This document shows, piece after piece, positions 26,457-40,800 of a stretch of 64,000 nt of DNA. Both the position numbers and the translations under genes were made by a program. The stretch is from assembly GCF_009914755.1 (NCBI RefSeq), contig NC_060925.1; one strand, written 5' to 3'. Below the pieces are notes generated by a model, which worked only from the letters and a program-made list of their open reading frames with translations, was not told where the DNA came from and did not search any database. Within the stretch, counting starts at the first letter, position 1; each line of letters begins with the position of its first letter. The stretch is from the human T2T-CHM13v2.0 reference genome, Homo sapiens.

Positions 26457-28619
26457 TCAACCATCTATTTCCCCCTTTCCTTAACCACTTTTTGGAATAG
26501 AGCAGGAAACAAACATCATGACCTTCTTCATCCCACAACTGACCCGAGATTATCGTCTTCATTAGACTATGAGTTTCCAATGCTTATTAAGTGCCTGGCT
26601 CATAGTAGACAGGTTAAAATTAATTAAGGAGAAATTAAACTGGTTTCTTTATAATGAGCAGGACTAATCCCTGGAAGTTGAACAGAAAGGGTTTGACTGA
26701 CATAAGCAAAGCCACGGGTATGGGAAAGTCTAGGATGTTGCCCAGTTAGGTTTGAATCAAGCATCTGAACTCTAAGCTAAAGAATTTGGAATATATAGAA
26801 GGTTTGATGAATTATTTGCCTTTTCAATGCTTTCATCATTTTGATGTGATGCAGCTAAGTCAGTCAACTCTTATTTATCTGAATATTTAAAAATGAAAAA
26901 TGTTCTGTCCAGAATCTTTGAATCATCCTTTCTCTTTTTGGGCCTGCCATTTAGCCAGATCCCTGCTTGTTAGCATGAAGGGAGAGGGAGAAAGGAACGG
27001 AAATAACGCTAATGCTCATTTAGTTGCTTCATCCTCAGGTTTGTCATAGGCAAAGAGATCAATATTAATTTATTAGAATCAGAATTAAATTGCTTTTAGC
27101 CAGAGGCTGTTTTAAGACATGAGCAAAGAATAGGTTAATTTCATTTTGAAAATAAGTTATAAATATCTAGGCAGCACAAAGTTAGAGTGCACTGCTCAGT
27201 GTAAAAATAAGTAACAGAATTAGCCTTATAAAAAAAGTAATGTGGCAAATATATCATCATAATATGTTAACCAGTGTCTAAAGTAACTTGCTCTGAACTT
27301 TGAAGTGGAAATACAATTGATGAATATAATGGAGTTGTGATATTACATGTGGATTGCATTTACCCAGAGTATCCTTTTGGCCTGAACAACTCTCAGCATC
27401 CATAATGTCATAAATACCATAAAATGTACAGATGCTAGATTTAGAAAAACAGTTTCAACTATTTTCTGCCTGCCTTCTTACAAAGGGAAATGGAGACTTT
27501 TGCTGCCAGAACTTAAAATTATGATGTGCCAACATGAAAACCTCATCATAAAGGCTCAATTGATCTGCTTGTATCTGCCAAATTTGTTATTATTGCATTT
27601 CTGTCCCCGTGGTTGTGTCTCTTTAACGCTCATTAAAAATCAGGTGATTGTTTAATTAGGGTATAATCATTTCCTAGTGTGAATTATTCACCCATGATAT
27701 AATTTTTATCAATACTTGATGTACCTAACCATATGCACAAGGACTAAAAGGTGACTGGGCTAAATGGAAACATTGATAATTTGATTAAGTGCTGAGATTT
27801 CTTGCTAATTTTTAATAATAAAGCTATATATAAATATATATATTAAAGATTCTGTGCCTGGAAAATGCTCATACATTTATCATATTAACATGTATTATAT
27901 TCTAAGAAACATTTTGCTATGACGTTAGTGAATAATAAATATCAAATGAAAGGGGCACTTTTGTATTTGCCATTTCATTTTATCAATGCAAAATTAGCAG
28001 CCACAATGGAACCACCACCTGTCAGGTATTTTAAACAGTGACATTTAAATTCCCTCTGGAATTTGATATGCATAGGTCATAAGAAAAGATGTGGCGCGAA
28101 TGGACCATTTATAAGGAAATAACTAAAGCTAAGTGTCTCAATTTGGACAAAATATCAGTCCTTGGGGAGACATATTGTATTCCTAGCAGAGAATGGTGCT
28201 GCTTAAATCTATCCTCCAGTATCTTCCCATGTCAAATGTTATCTGGCTTTGGCCCTCTGGCTCCTGCCCCGCACACCCTTCCACTTGGCTTACGCTTGTT
28301 ATGTTATTTTGGATCATCACCAGCTTTCTCCTTAAAACTGTTGCTGAAACCACTGGAAGAGCCCAGTGAAATCATCCATCGTGCATTAACACGAGCAACC
28401 TAGAAGTGATGGTTTATGCCCGTGGAGACGTGCCTCTGCAAGCCATCCCCACTCTGGGGCCCCGCTCAGAGAGTGTTGAGGGCAATAAATGCCTTTTTAA
28501 ACTGCCATTGAAAATCTTCAAGTGTTCTAGGCAGGCTGAACTAACCAGCCCTCCCTTACGTAAATACGTCCTCAACAGCACTTTGTTCACCCCTCGATTC
28601 GAATATTCCTCAGAGCTAG

Positions 28620-28960
28620 CTGTTTCCACATCTGGTTTCCCTCACCAGATTGCCGGCTCCTTGAGGGCAGGGACTATGCATTCCCTGTCCTTGTAACCCT
28701 GCATCTAGCATAATACTGAGAAGACAGGCTTTTAATAAATATCTGTTGTGTCAATGAATAAGTATAGTGGAAAAAAAGCAGAGACTTGGAGGCAAGCATA
28801 TCCGGAATCCAATCCTAGCTTTATCTACCATGCTATTTGGGGTGTGTTTCTTAACCTTTCTGAGCCTTCGTTTCCCAAAAGCAGGTTACAGTAGCCAGTT
28901 CACAAAGAGGTGGGAGGCTGATACTGAGTAACGTGTGAAAAACAGATTTTAAGTTGTAAG
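28620..28960. mobile_element. L2 3' end and MIR fragments
   Basis: ctccttgagggcagggact...aataaatatctgttg; ttcttaacctttctgagccttcgtttccc. Confidence 0.55.
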
Positions 28961-30249
28961 TGCTCTCTGGTTGTTAGTCCATTGTAATACTTTGCTGTGT
29001 ATCAACTGTGCACCAGTCAGACTGTGCTAGGTGCTGGTGCTACAAAGATGAAGATAGGTTTTTCTTCTCAGGATATCGATAGTCTAATGTGATTTTTTTC
29101 CTGGTTATTTTGGCTTTGGGGGGATATCAGGCTTTTAAACTTAGGTAGATCAATCATTAAATGTATTGGTTGGTTTCTAACCCCTTGTTTCTTCTGGGTG
29201 AATTCCCTTACCCTCCATATGAAAGAGTGCCCCGTTCCACGTTGCTGCTATTCATGGTACACTGCCAGCAGTTTTACAAGTCTTTCTTCTCTGTGGCATT
29301 GCTATACTCAAGAATATTTCAAAATTATGGAAGTCATGATGTTATATCCCACTAGAATAAAAATCAGGAAAGCCTCCCATCTTAAAATTACAATGTAGCT
29401 TATTTTGTTATTACAATTGAATATTCTTTTTAAAATGTTTTATTTTAGGTTTGGGGGTACATGTGAAGGTCTGATAACTATTCTTGGTGAGGAAAGGCAA
29501 CTAACTGAAGTCAACCACAGGGAGATTGAATTCAGATGTTTTCTGGGGGCACTTAAAAGTGTGTTCGATGGGACTCTGTGTTCACTACCAGAAGTGAGCT
29601 AATTAGAAAACTGAAAAGATTTGTTGGAACAATGAACTCCTTTCTGAACATTCTTCAAGGACACCTTAAGAGAGAGGGAAGGAAAATGGTAGCTTGAAGA
29701 GGGTCCTCAGTGCCAGTTGCTGATTGCTTATGTTGCTAGTGTATGGAAAATTCCAGCACATAGATAATTTTTTTTAAAATTTACTATTGATTTAAAAACA
29801 CATAGTTAATATTTAGTAACATTAGGGTGAAAAATAGTTTTCTTCTCGATGTATATTGCCTGTTAAATGGTAGGAAGATTGTGTGTGTGCATGTGTGCAT
29901 ATGGGTATGTGTGTATACAGGCATGCAGTGGTTATAGATTCACCATCTTTAAGCCCAAAAGAGAAGACATTTAGAGTATTGGCTTTAGGTGTTTTTAAAT
30001 TAGGTGCTGTTGAGAAATTAACGATCACATGTGCCATCGATCAGTGACTCCCTTTAACTAGTACAGAAGTTGGTTTGGTTTTCTTAAATCAAATATTTTA
30101 GGTTCCTGCTATGGGCAAAACATTATGCTGGGGGATGAGGTGGCTGGATCCTTGACTCTTAGACCTTTAAAGACCTTCAGAAATCTCTCCAAATCTAGCC
30201 AATTTTGTTTCCACTAAAAGTAACCTGGATGTTTTCAACTTCCACTAAA

Positions 30250-31900
30250 TATTGAACCTCTCAAGCTTAGTTCTAGGCCCAGCTCTCTTCTCCTCCTCTC
30301 TCAAGATTTCAGTTACTGTCTAAATGCCTCTGTCTCCCACAGGTGTACCTAGCCCACTCTTCTGCTTTGTGCTGTAGACTTATAGCCCACATTAAATCTC
30401 CACTTGGATATAGACAGTACACCAAATTTAGCATGTTTAGCTGGATGGATGTTACCACCATCCATCCAATTCCATGACACTTCTACTCCCTCCATTCTCT
30501 ATGTCTGGTCTAGCACTAAGTTACACTGATTTTATTCATTAACTCTCTTTTAAATCCACACACTCCTCTTGTTTTTCACATACACCACCCTAGTCTACGC
30601 ATGATCTCTGGGTTGCATGACTGCAATAGACTTCTCACTGGCTTCTTCCCCACTGGCTCCTCTCCAGCATCCTCTTTTTCAAAATGTGAATCTGATCAGG
30701 TCACCCCCTTTACATAGGACCATTCAACAGCTCCTCATTGCTCTTAGCAAAAATCCAGAATCCTCAGTGTGGCCTCCAAGACCTGCATGGCTCCCTTGGC
30801 TGTATGTGTTTCTGTCACAGGGCCTGGAATATTCTTCATGTGACTTCTTCATACAGTTAATTTCTGGCTGTCTTTTAGATCGTACCTGAAAAGAAACTCC
30901 CACGGGAAAGCTTCCCCTATCCCTTTAACTATCATAGTAAATGATGCTTGTCCTTCTTAGCATTTAGCATAACTTGCCGCTGTACATTTACTTGTATGAT
31001 TATTGATCAGTGTCTACTCCCCACAGGACTGTAAGGCCCTTAAGAATAAGGGTGGTGTCTGTTTTGCTCTCCAGTGTATTCCTAGTTGGAGAGAGGAGAG
31101 GCTTTGTCCTGAGGGACCTCCAAAGCAAAGTTAGGCTATGTGATTGGATGTACACTCTGGGAAAATCATCTTGGATGAGGTATAGAGAAAGCCAGACAAA
31201 TACTCCCAACGCAGAAATGAGGCAGAGTCCCAGTAACTGCAGGTCATTACCAGTCTTTCTTTATTCTACTTCTCCTTTCCCTCCTCTCTGAATCCAATGA
31301 GGAGCATTACCCATAGACCCACTCAGACAAATGCTTGATTGTTATCTTGTCATCTGTTTATTTATTTGAACAATATGGGTTAAGTTCCTAAGTACACACT
31401 TGATACTAGGAATAATAAAATGAGAAGTGGTCCGGGCTCAAATGCATTTCTCCAACCTGCATCTCCCACTCTAGTGGGAGAGACTGTTCAATAAACAGAG
31501 GGTATAATTCAGTGTGGAAGGTGCTACAATGGGAGTTTGAATGAAGTTCTAGAAGTCAAAGGAGGTTATGACTAAAACACACCCTTGGAAGAGCCAGAAA
31601 AAATGCTTCAAAGAGGAGGTAGTTTTGTATTGGTAGAAATGGTAGAGTTTTGTCCAATAGAGACAGGTGTGGGGGCATTGTAAGTGGCTGGGACAGAATG
31701 TGCAGAGGCTCAGATCTATGAAAGGACTTGGCCTATTGTGGAAGGGCTTTATCCCTAGATGTGTGGGGATGGGGCTAGGGAAGGTGTTAGGAAGACAGGA
31801 AGAGAGAGCGGTATGTTGAGGTCATATCGTAAAAGGCCAGGTGTTCTGAACTCAGAAGTATGAATATCATACTCTGGGCTGCCAGCAGTCACTGGACCAC
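30250..31900. mobile_element. L2 fragments
   Basis: L2-like motifs (tctgatcaggtcacccc, actgtaaggcccttaag, ggaggtagttttg). Confidence 0.5.
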
Positions 31901-32104
31901 TCTCAATGTCTCTGGATTAAAAACCAGAGGAAATAATTTACATTAAATGTCAAATGGTTTATTAGCAGTGACTAAGCCAGTGAGAGTAATCATCATCTGA
32001 ACCCAAAAAACATGAAAGGCCTGCCCCAGAAGACCCATTTGTGAGCCTGGCCACACCCTTGTGCAGGCACTGCCATGACAACTGTCTGGATTTGTGTTTT
32101 GCAG

Positions 32105-32216
32105 TTCCATGGAAAATGGGAGACCACCTGATCCTGCAGACTGGGCCGTGATGGATGTCGTCAATTATTTCCGAACCGTGGGATTTGAGGAGCAAGCTAG
32201 TGCTTTTCAGGAACAG
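32105..32216 (+). CDS. SAMD13: SAMD13 exon 3, N-terminal half of the SAM domain ([37 protein letters not shown])
   Basis: ttttgcag acceptor, CAG|GTAACT donor (phase 0); SAM helix-1 motif W..DV..F. Confidence 0.95.
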
Positions 32217-32669
32217 GTAACTTGGTCTAGAGAAACACGTGATGAACATGTGATGAACCCACAGTTACCTCCCTTCCCAACAGTGGGCAGAAGGGAGTGA
32301 GGAGGAAGAGGACCAAAGAGCAGGGAGGAATCAGTGAGGCTCTGAGAAACTGAGGGGAAGGAGAATGGATGTACCAGGTGAATTATCCCTTTGTGCAAGG
32401 GGAAAACTCAAAGCCGGAGACAGTGGCAGCTGTGGAGAAGAAGGCTAAAGCTCATTTACATCTGTGTCCTCTGAAAGACTGATCATACTCAAGGGTGGAG
32501 TGAATCAGCCCTACCTTCAATGAAAACACACTAGAAAGCAGGAAACAGAAAAGAAAGGAAAAGCAGGGACAAACCTGACTGAGAGACATACACCACCTCC
32601 TACTACTGGCCTCAGCACCCAATGGACTATTAAGCCCTTTGCAGTTTGCTTTCTGGGTGCTTAGCAAGG

Positions 32670-32885
32670 TAGAGTGGAAAAAGCACAGGATTGATAGTCG
32701 AATCCTGGTTCTTCTATCTCTATGTGACCCTAGGCACGTTACTATGTCTCTCTGAGTCTTGGTTTCATATCTATAACATCAGACTGTCAATAACTTTATA
32801 GGGATGTTGTTGTGAGGATTAGTGGACAATATACACACAGTGCCTATGATAGGTTCTGGCATAGTGTTGATACTCAAAAAATGGG
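32670..32885 (+). mobile_element. MIR
   Basis: tgtgaccctaggcacgttactatgtctctctgagtcttggtttc...gttgtgaggatt. Confidence 0.65.
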
Positions 32886-33399
32886 ATTTCCTTTTCCTCA
32901 GGTCCAGGGATGGTATTAGAAAGAGGGAGAAAGTGGCAGGAGTCCATCCCAATTGTCTAGGTGATTCATAGCTCCATGTTGCAGGCTGTGCTAGGTTTGC
33001 AGGGTTGGTCTTCAAGGGGCTTTGACCTGAGGAGGCAAGTGGGGGCAACACAGTGTGGTTCACACCAGGCCAGTTCTGTGGGTAAACACAGAGTTCCTAT
33101 TTCTCTACCAACGAAGGCTGCAGTTTTCTAAGCATTACATTTTCTTTTCTAATATCATAATATTGTAGGGAGAATTAAAAACTGAAAAATGTGTCTGGCT
33201 GCTTGTTCCATATCCCTTCAGCCATTGTTCATTCTCTCAAACTATTAGCTGTATGGCCTGAGTTTGGATAAGGTAAACTTTTCTAAAATTGCACACGCCA
33301 ATTTCTAGATTTCCTTCAACCTATATTTACTTCAGACTTGATCTTTGTACATAAGTATTTTTTTCCTAATTTGGAAAACTTGCTAAAATAGCAGCTTAA

Positions 33400-34345
33400 A
33401 TTTCTTCATACCTACCAGAAGAGCTAAAATGAGAAAGGTTGATAATATTAAACATTCACGAGGATGTGGAGCAACTGGAACTCTTTTGTTGTTGGTGAGA
33501 CTGTGAAATCAACATTCAGACATCTACCCCTTGATGCAGCAGTTTTACTCCTGGGTATTTACCCAAGGGAAATGAAAACACGTGTCTGTAAAAAGATTTG
33601 TACAAAATTGTTCTTACTAGCTTTATCACAATGGTCAAAAATTTGAAGCCTAGGTGTACATCAATAGGAGAATGAATACACAAACCGTGATATATTCATA
33701 CAGTGGAATACTCCACAGTAATAAAAAGGAATGAACTACTGTTATGTGCAGCCATTTTCATGAGTCTCAAAAACATATTACTGATTGAGAGAAACCTTAC
33801 ATAACTGAGTTCATACTGAATGGTTCCATTTAGATAAGGTTTCAGAACAGGAAAATCAATCAGTGGTAAAAAAACAATCAGAACAGGGGTTGCCTCTGGC
33901 TGCGTGGGGGTGGAAAACGACTGGGAAGGAGTATGAGGGAAATTTCTGGGTGATGGTAACATTCTGTATCTTGATACAGGCTTGGGTTACAGGTATGCAT
34001 GGGTCACTGCTTGCTAATACACAGGCATATGCAAATGATTCAGGTTTGTGCATTACAGAACATACACATTTTACTTCAAAAAGAAAAGAACTATGAAAAA
34101 CACCTAAACAGTGGTATAAAAACAGAAGTGTTTAGGGTAAAGTATACTGATATATACAAGTCAATTTAAAATGCATCAAACATATGCATTGGCAATTAAA
34201 TAGAAGGGTGACTATGTGGACATATATGTGGTAAAGCAAGTACAGGAAATGTTAATTGTAGCATCTAGGTGTTCAGAATATGGGTATTTACTATAAAACT
34301 CTGATGAGTTTTCTTTATGTTTGAAAAACTTTTATGAATTGTGAT
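33400..34345 (+). mobile_element. L1ME/L1MC 3' fragment
   Basis: gaggatgtggagcaactggaactc; ctcctgggtatttacccaagggaaatgaaaac; gtgatggtaacattctgtatcttgat. Confidence 0.75.
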
Positions 34346-35459
34346 GGAAAAAACTGCTCAGGTTGGAAAGTGGAAGGCCGCTGATCAGCTGGAACATATT
34401 TTATTTTGTTTTTCACTGGTACAATGTCCATTTGTGTCACAGCAATTGAATAGCACTCTTCTAAAATTAAATGTAGATAATATTGTAAATGGTTAACAAA
34501 AAAATACTTAGCTAAAAGGTCTCTTGGCCAGATTCCCAGCTGACCAAAAGCCCTTTGCAGGTTGAGCTTTTGCTCAGACTCCTTGGAGGCAGACATCCCA
34601 GACTGGGGGCACACGATGGTCTCTGGACCTTCCAGGTTCTGTGACTTACCTCAGAAATGGGACTGCCAGCTCTGAGCCTGGCCCACGAGCAGGCACTTTC
34701 TCCCATGGATGATCTCATTCTGTCCCAATGGACACTGGGAACCATAATGGGAATAAACTCTTCTAAAGCATTTCATTCAGAAATCCTTCAAGGGAGAAGT
34801 GAGCATCGTCTTGCTACTATGTTCAACCTGCCAACTCGGAAGCCTGAGAAATGAATTCTCAAAGGATCAGAGTTTTGCAAGCATGGTCCAGAAGCTTGAG
34901 TTTCTTCATTCTCATGGAAGGGTGATTGGGTCAGGGAAGAGTCTGCCTTGAATTTGTCTCTGGCAGTGATTCAAATATCGTTTCTCCTTTTCCCATTAAA
35001 GGACTGGAGGGCAGGGAGGGAATCACTGGCCAGGCTTAGGATGGTAAGATAAGTCGCTGCTGTGATATTCATGAGGACTGAGGATTGGATCCTCTACCAT
35101 GTTAACCTGCCTCTTCCATCATCACACTACAGAGGGCATCAGCATTTTACCTCTGGAGTCTTCCTGGCAATGAACCTAGTTGGTTAGCACCCACTCATCA
35201 TCCTGATTAGAAAATGCAGGCCTTCTCCAGCCCAAGCACATGGCCCTTCCAAGGTACATGCAGGTACATGCAAGGTCACAGCGCTGAGAAACAATTAGAA
35301 CAACTGCCTCCTTAAACTCTCCTCAGGAAAGCTTTGCCCTTCCACTTGACAGAAGCAGGACAGGGATGGAGAGCATCCCCTAAACCACTTTTGAAAAGGG
35401 CAAGTCCAGAAAGGGCAGCACGGTTGCCAGTGATGTGGGGAGCTTATTGTTTCATGGCT

Positions 35460-35826
35460 ATTATGAGCTGAATGTTTATGTGCCCCCAAAACTCTTATGT
35501 TGAAAACCTAACCCACAGTGAGGATATTAGGAGGTGGGATCTTTGGGAGGTAATTAGGTTTAGATGAGGTCATGAGGATGGAACCCCCATGATGAGATCA
35601 ATGCTCTTATAAGAAGAGAACAAGACACCAGAGAGCTTACTCTCAGGTGTAAGGATACAGCAAGAAGACAGCCTTCTACAAGCCAGCAGGAGAGCCCTCA
35701 CCAAGAACCCAACCATGCTGGCACCCTGGTCTTGGACCTCCAGCTTCTAGAACTGTGAGAAATATCTGTTGTTTATGCTGCCCAATCTATGGTATCTTGT
35801 CCTAGCAGCCTGAACTGACTAAAATA
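35460..35826 (+). mobile_element. MLT1A-type MaLR solo LTR
   Basis: ctgaatgtttatgtgcccccaaaac...gcagcctgaactgactaa. Confidence 0.8.
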
Positions 35827-37734
35827 CTGGTATTGATGGCAAACATGTCCACCATCAGATGGCCTGACTTCCAGGACAGTATCTATCTTTGTGGTGTGGT
35901 CTCATAGCACAGTATTGGAAACTGTATGGCTGTGGCAACTAGACTTGGATGTGGCTTTCTAGCAGCGTGACCTCTTGGAAGATGTCAGGCCATTGAGCAA
36001 GATTTATCAGAGGGCAAGATTTGTCCTGTGTTCCTGTGGTATGGAGAAGCAGCTGGATTAAGGTGGTTGTGTTTGCCTAACCTCCTTTTCCCTGTGCAGG
36101 CACCCCACTGCCACAGAACAATGATCTCCATTAAGTTTTCATCTGCTGCAATTATCTTCATCAAATTCTCTTCTGGCAATCCTCTTTTGAGTCTTCTGTG
36201 TTAGTAGCAATTACAAGTCAAAAGAATCATCAAGAATGAAGGCCTAAGTCCCTGCCTAGCCCATCACAAATAACCCAGTGTCAATAGCACGTATGTTTTG
36301 GACAGTGATGTCGCTACTCCTTGGGTTGGCATGTGGTCTGTGTCATCAGGGTTGCAGTTGCTCACCATGTAGGGAGTCTGGCGTACTGCACTCATTCAGC
36401 TAGCAATCCAAAGGGTTCACTGGCCTATGAGAGCAGGAGGCAGTGGGAGCCCTGGAGAAGGTAGTGATTACAGCCTTGTCAGTACCACCTCTCTTTCCCA
36501 CAGACACTGTGGTGTGGGGGCTATTTTCCCAAGCACCTTCTAGCAGACAAACATTTTAGGCTGTGGTGAAGGGAATGAGTGAAAGTCATGACTTCTGATA
36601 TGTTTTCTTCCAGTTTTCTCATGGTTAGTGGATGGTCCTGGAGAATTTGCCTTTCTAGGACTCAGATTTCTATAAAGTTAATACTGAGTTAAACAAACAG
36701 AATACTGCTCAAGCTCCTGCTTTAAGAGTCAAAATATGTAATCTTAAAACTGGTCCTCAAGAAGTATGCTTTCAGTGCACAACACGGCACAAAACCACTT
36801 GAGACGCAGTTGAACTTTTGTGAATAGATTTTTTGTTTTTAATGGCACTTGTCCATGGGTATGGCCTGCTTAGCTTTCAAGAGTCAAAGGTACCTCAAGA
36901 ATTTTACTTTGCTAAGAGCTTTGGTTTTTAAGACACTATTTTGACTAATCTTGTTCAAAAGCATCCTTCCCTTCCTCACAGAGAACATTTAGGATAAAGT
37001 TTGCTTTGTCAGACTCTGAAGGCTAAATGAGCAGCATTCTCTGTTGTAAAGCCAACTGTGGGCAGTGCTTTTAGTTGCCATTTAAGGAACTGTGGCAATC
37101 TAGTACAGTAACTTCACCACTCAAATTGGACCCTAATTGCAAGTCACAAAGACAGCTCTGCCTGTTGTGGTGTAGTCACTTCATTTCTATGTCTTTGTCT
37201 GTTTGACTCACATACTTAGAATATATAAGAAGAAGATGGAAGACAGATCTGCCATTCAATCAATGTCATATAGTTCATATTTTTCAGATTTCTCAAACTT
37301 ACAAGCAACATTCATGGTTTTATTTCTAGAACAATATGTATCTCTGAGATAATCATGACAAAATAATATGCAACTCAAGGTGACAAATTAATTTTACTCT
37401 CTTATCTCTTCATTTTTCTCAAACCACATGAATAAGAATAGTATCTTTACTCTGAAATGCCCAACTGGTTGCTTAAGTCATTCATTTGAAATGCAAAGAT
37501 TGACATCTCTTTACAGATGACTTATTGCTAACTTTGGATAAGTTTCTGAAGTCACTGGCTTAATAAAAAATAAATAAAATTTCTTATGGCTACATATTGC
37601 CAAGTAATACTAACTACCTCAAAATGGAATTGTAGGGTGGGGATGCCAATCAGAGCAACCCTGAGCATAGTGTTCTAATCACGGCCAAATCGAATTCACT
37701 TGTAGTGATTCTAGATGGAGATTTCTAATTAGAA

Positions 37735-37793
37735 CAGGGACAAATCCAGGTTCTGTGGAGCCTAAAGTTTATGCAATTCTAACAGCCCTCCTT

Positions 37794-37832
<39 letters not shown>

Positions 37833-37898
37833 ATTATGGATACAAACTTGTTAAGGTGAAACTTAAACATCATTAGCTTTCATGGCAAATCTGGCTTT
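37735..37898. mobile_element. MER53/MER96-like hAT MITE with internal poly(A) expansion (~30 A)
   Basis: atccaggttctgtggagcctaaagtttat...cattagctttcatggcaaatc. Confidence 0.5.
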
Positions 37899-40800
37899 GA
37901 ATTAGACCAATTAAAACCTCACAAATTGAGAATAACTTGATTTACTTCATCAGCATCTAATAATACCAAGTATTGAAAATATTTGAGGTGCTTTGATGCC
38001 TGATAATTTTTAACAATTGAAGGTTACTGAAATGCTTAAAATATTTTGTAGCATAATGAACAGGGGAAGTGGCAACTCAATCTCTGCTGATGTGTCCTTT
38101 CAACCCATGAAAATTTAGAAAAGAGGTGAAATCTCAAATAAGTGGGTAATGCTAGCAATAAGAAAGCAGCCAAGAAAATTGAAAACTGATAAGGAAAAAA
38201 CTTGTTGAAGTTTTTAAACTTTTATTTTAGATTCATGGGTACAGGTGCAGGTTTGTTATATAGGTAAATTGTGTGTCACGGGGGTTTGAGGTACAGATTA
38301 TTTCATCACCCAAGTAATAAGCATAGTATCCAATAGGCAGTTTTTCAGTCTACCCTCCTCCCACCCTCCACCCTCAAGTAGGCCCCAGTGTCTATTGTTC
38401 CTTTCTTCATGTCCGTATGTGCTCAATGATTAGCTCCCACTTATGAGAACATAAGGTATTTGGTTTTCTGTTCCTGCATTAGTTCGCATAGGATAATGAC
38501 CTCCAGCTCCATCCATGTTGCTGCACAGGACATGATCTTATTCTTTTTTAATGGCTATGTAGTATTCCATGGTGTATATGTGCCATATTTTCTTTATCCA
38601 GTCTACTGTTGATAGGCACTTAGGTTGATTTCATATCTTTCCTATTGCAAATAGTACTGCAGTGAACATACAGGTGCATGTGTCTTTATGGTAGAACAAC
38701 TTACATTCTTTTGGGAATATACCCAGTAATGGGATTGCCAGGTTGAATGGTAGTTCTGTATTAAGTTCTTTGAGAAATCACCAAACTTCTCTCCACAATG
38801 GCTGAACTAATTTACATTCCCACCACTACTGCTGTATAAGTATTCCCTTTTCTAAGCAACCTCACCAGCATCTGTTTTTATTATTTTTTAATAAAAGCCA
38901 TTCTAACTAGTGCAAGATGGTGTCTCGTTGTTTTGATTTGCATTTCTCTAATGATCAACGATGTTGAGCATTTTTTCATATGCTTATTAGACATATTTAT
39001 GACTTCTTTTGTGACGTGTCTGTTCATGTCCTTTGCCCAATATGTAATGGGTTGTTTGTTTTCTTGCTTGTTGATTTAAGTTTCTTATAGATTCTGAATA
39101 TTAAACCTTTGTTGGACTCATAGTTTACAAATATTTTCTCCCATTTTGTAGGTTGTTTGTTTGCCCTGTTGATAGTTATTTTGCTATGCAGAAACTCTTT
39201 AGTTTAATTAGGTCCTATCTGTCAATTTTTGTTTTTGTTGCAATTGCTTTTGGCGTCTTTATCATGAAATCTTTGCCAGGGCGTATGTCCAGAATGGTAT
39301 TTCCTAGTTTATCTTCCAGGATTTTTATACTTTTAGGCTTTACATTTAAGTCTCTAAACTATCTTGAATTGATTTTTATATATGGTGTAAGTAATGGGTC
39401 CAGTTTCAATCTTCTGCATATGGCTAGCCAGTTCTCCCAGCACCATTTGTTGAATAGGAAGTCCTTTCCCCATCACTTGTTTTTGTCAACTTTGTCAAAG
39501 CTCAGATGGTTATAGATGTACAGCTTTATTTCTGTACTCTCTAGTCTGTTACATTGGTCTATGTGTACCATGCTATTTTGGTTACTGTAGCCTTGTAGTG
39601 CAGTTTGAAGTCAGGCAATGTGATTCCTCCAGCTTCTTTTTGCTTAGGATTCCCTTGGCTGTTTGGGCTCTTTTTTGGTTCCATATGAATGTTAGAATAG
39701 TTTTCTCCAGTTCTGTGAAGAATGTCATTGGTGGTTTTATAGAAATAGCATTGAATCTGTAAATTGTTTTGGGCAGTATGGCCATTTTAATGATATCGAT
39801 TATTTTTATCCAAGAGCATGGAATGTTGTTCCATTTGTTTGTGTCATCTCTGATTTCTTTCAGTAGTGTTTTGTAGTTCTCATTGTAAAGATCTTTCACC
39901 TCCCCGGTTAGCTGTATCTCTAGGTATTTTATTCTTTTTGTGGCAATTGTGAATGGGATTGCATTCCTGATTTGGCTGTCAGCTTAGGTGCTATCAGTGT
40001 ATGGGTGTTGTTAGGAATGCTACTGATTTTTGCACATTGATTTTGTATACTGAAACTTTGTTGAAGTTGTTTATCAGCTCAAGGCAGCTTCTGGTCAGAG
40101 ACTATGGGGTTTTCTAGGTATAGAATCATATCATCTGCAAACAAGAATAGTTTGAGTTCCTTTCTTCTTATTTGGATTCTTATTATTTTGAGGTATTTAA
40201 CTTTGATGCCTAGTTTGTTAAGGATTTTTAACATGAAGGGATGTTGAATTTTATTGAAAGCCTTCTCTGCATCTATTGAGATGACCTTGTGGCTTGGGGT
40301 TTTGGGTCCGTTTATGTGATGAATCACATATATTGATCTGCATATGTTGAACCAACCTTGCTTCCCGGGGATAAAGCCTACTTGATTGTGGGAGATTAGC
40401 TTTTTGATATGCTGCTGGATTCAGTTTGCTAGTATTTTGTTGAGGATTTTTGCATCAATGTTCATCAAGGATATTGGCCTGAAGTTTTCTTTTTTTGTTG
40501 TATCTCTGCCAGGTTCTGGTATCAAAATGATTTTGGCCTCATAGAATGAGTTAAGGAGGAGTCCCTCCTCCTAAATTTTTGGGAATAGTTTCAGTAGGAA
40601 TGGTACCAGCTCTTCTTTATACATCTGGTAGAATTCAGCTGTAAATCCATCTGGTCCTGGGCTGCTTCTGGTTGGTAGGCTTTTTATTCCTGATTCAATT
40701 TCAGAACTCATTATTGGTTTGTTTAGGGCTTCAGTTTCTTCCTTGTTCAATCTTGGGAGGCTGTGTTTCCAGGAATTTATCCATTTCAACTAGGTTTTCT

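Noticed and set aside
32611-32630. REST/RE1-like TCAGCACC...GGAC
   Set aside because: Non-canonical spacing and a degenerate right half-site.
35252-35272. Short tandem duplications (aggtacatgc x2; also ~14273, ~32238, ~61278)
   Set aside because: Two-copy slippage events with no array structure; not CRISPR-like, and the sequence is mammalian.
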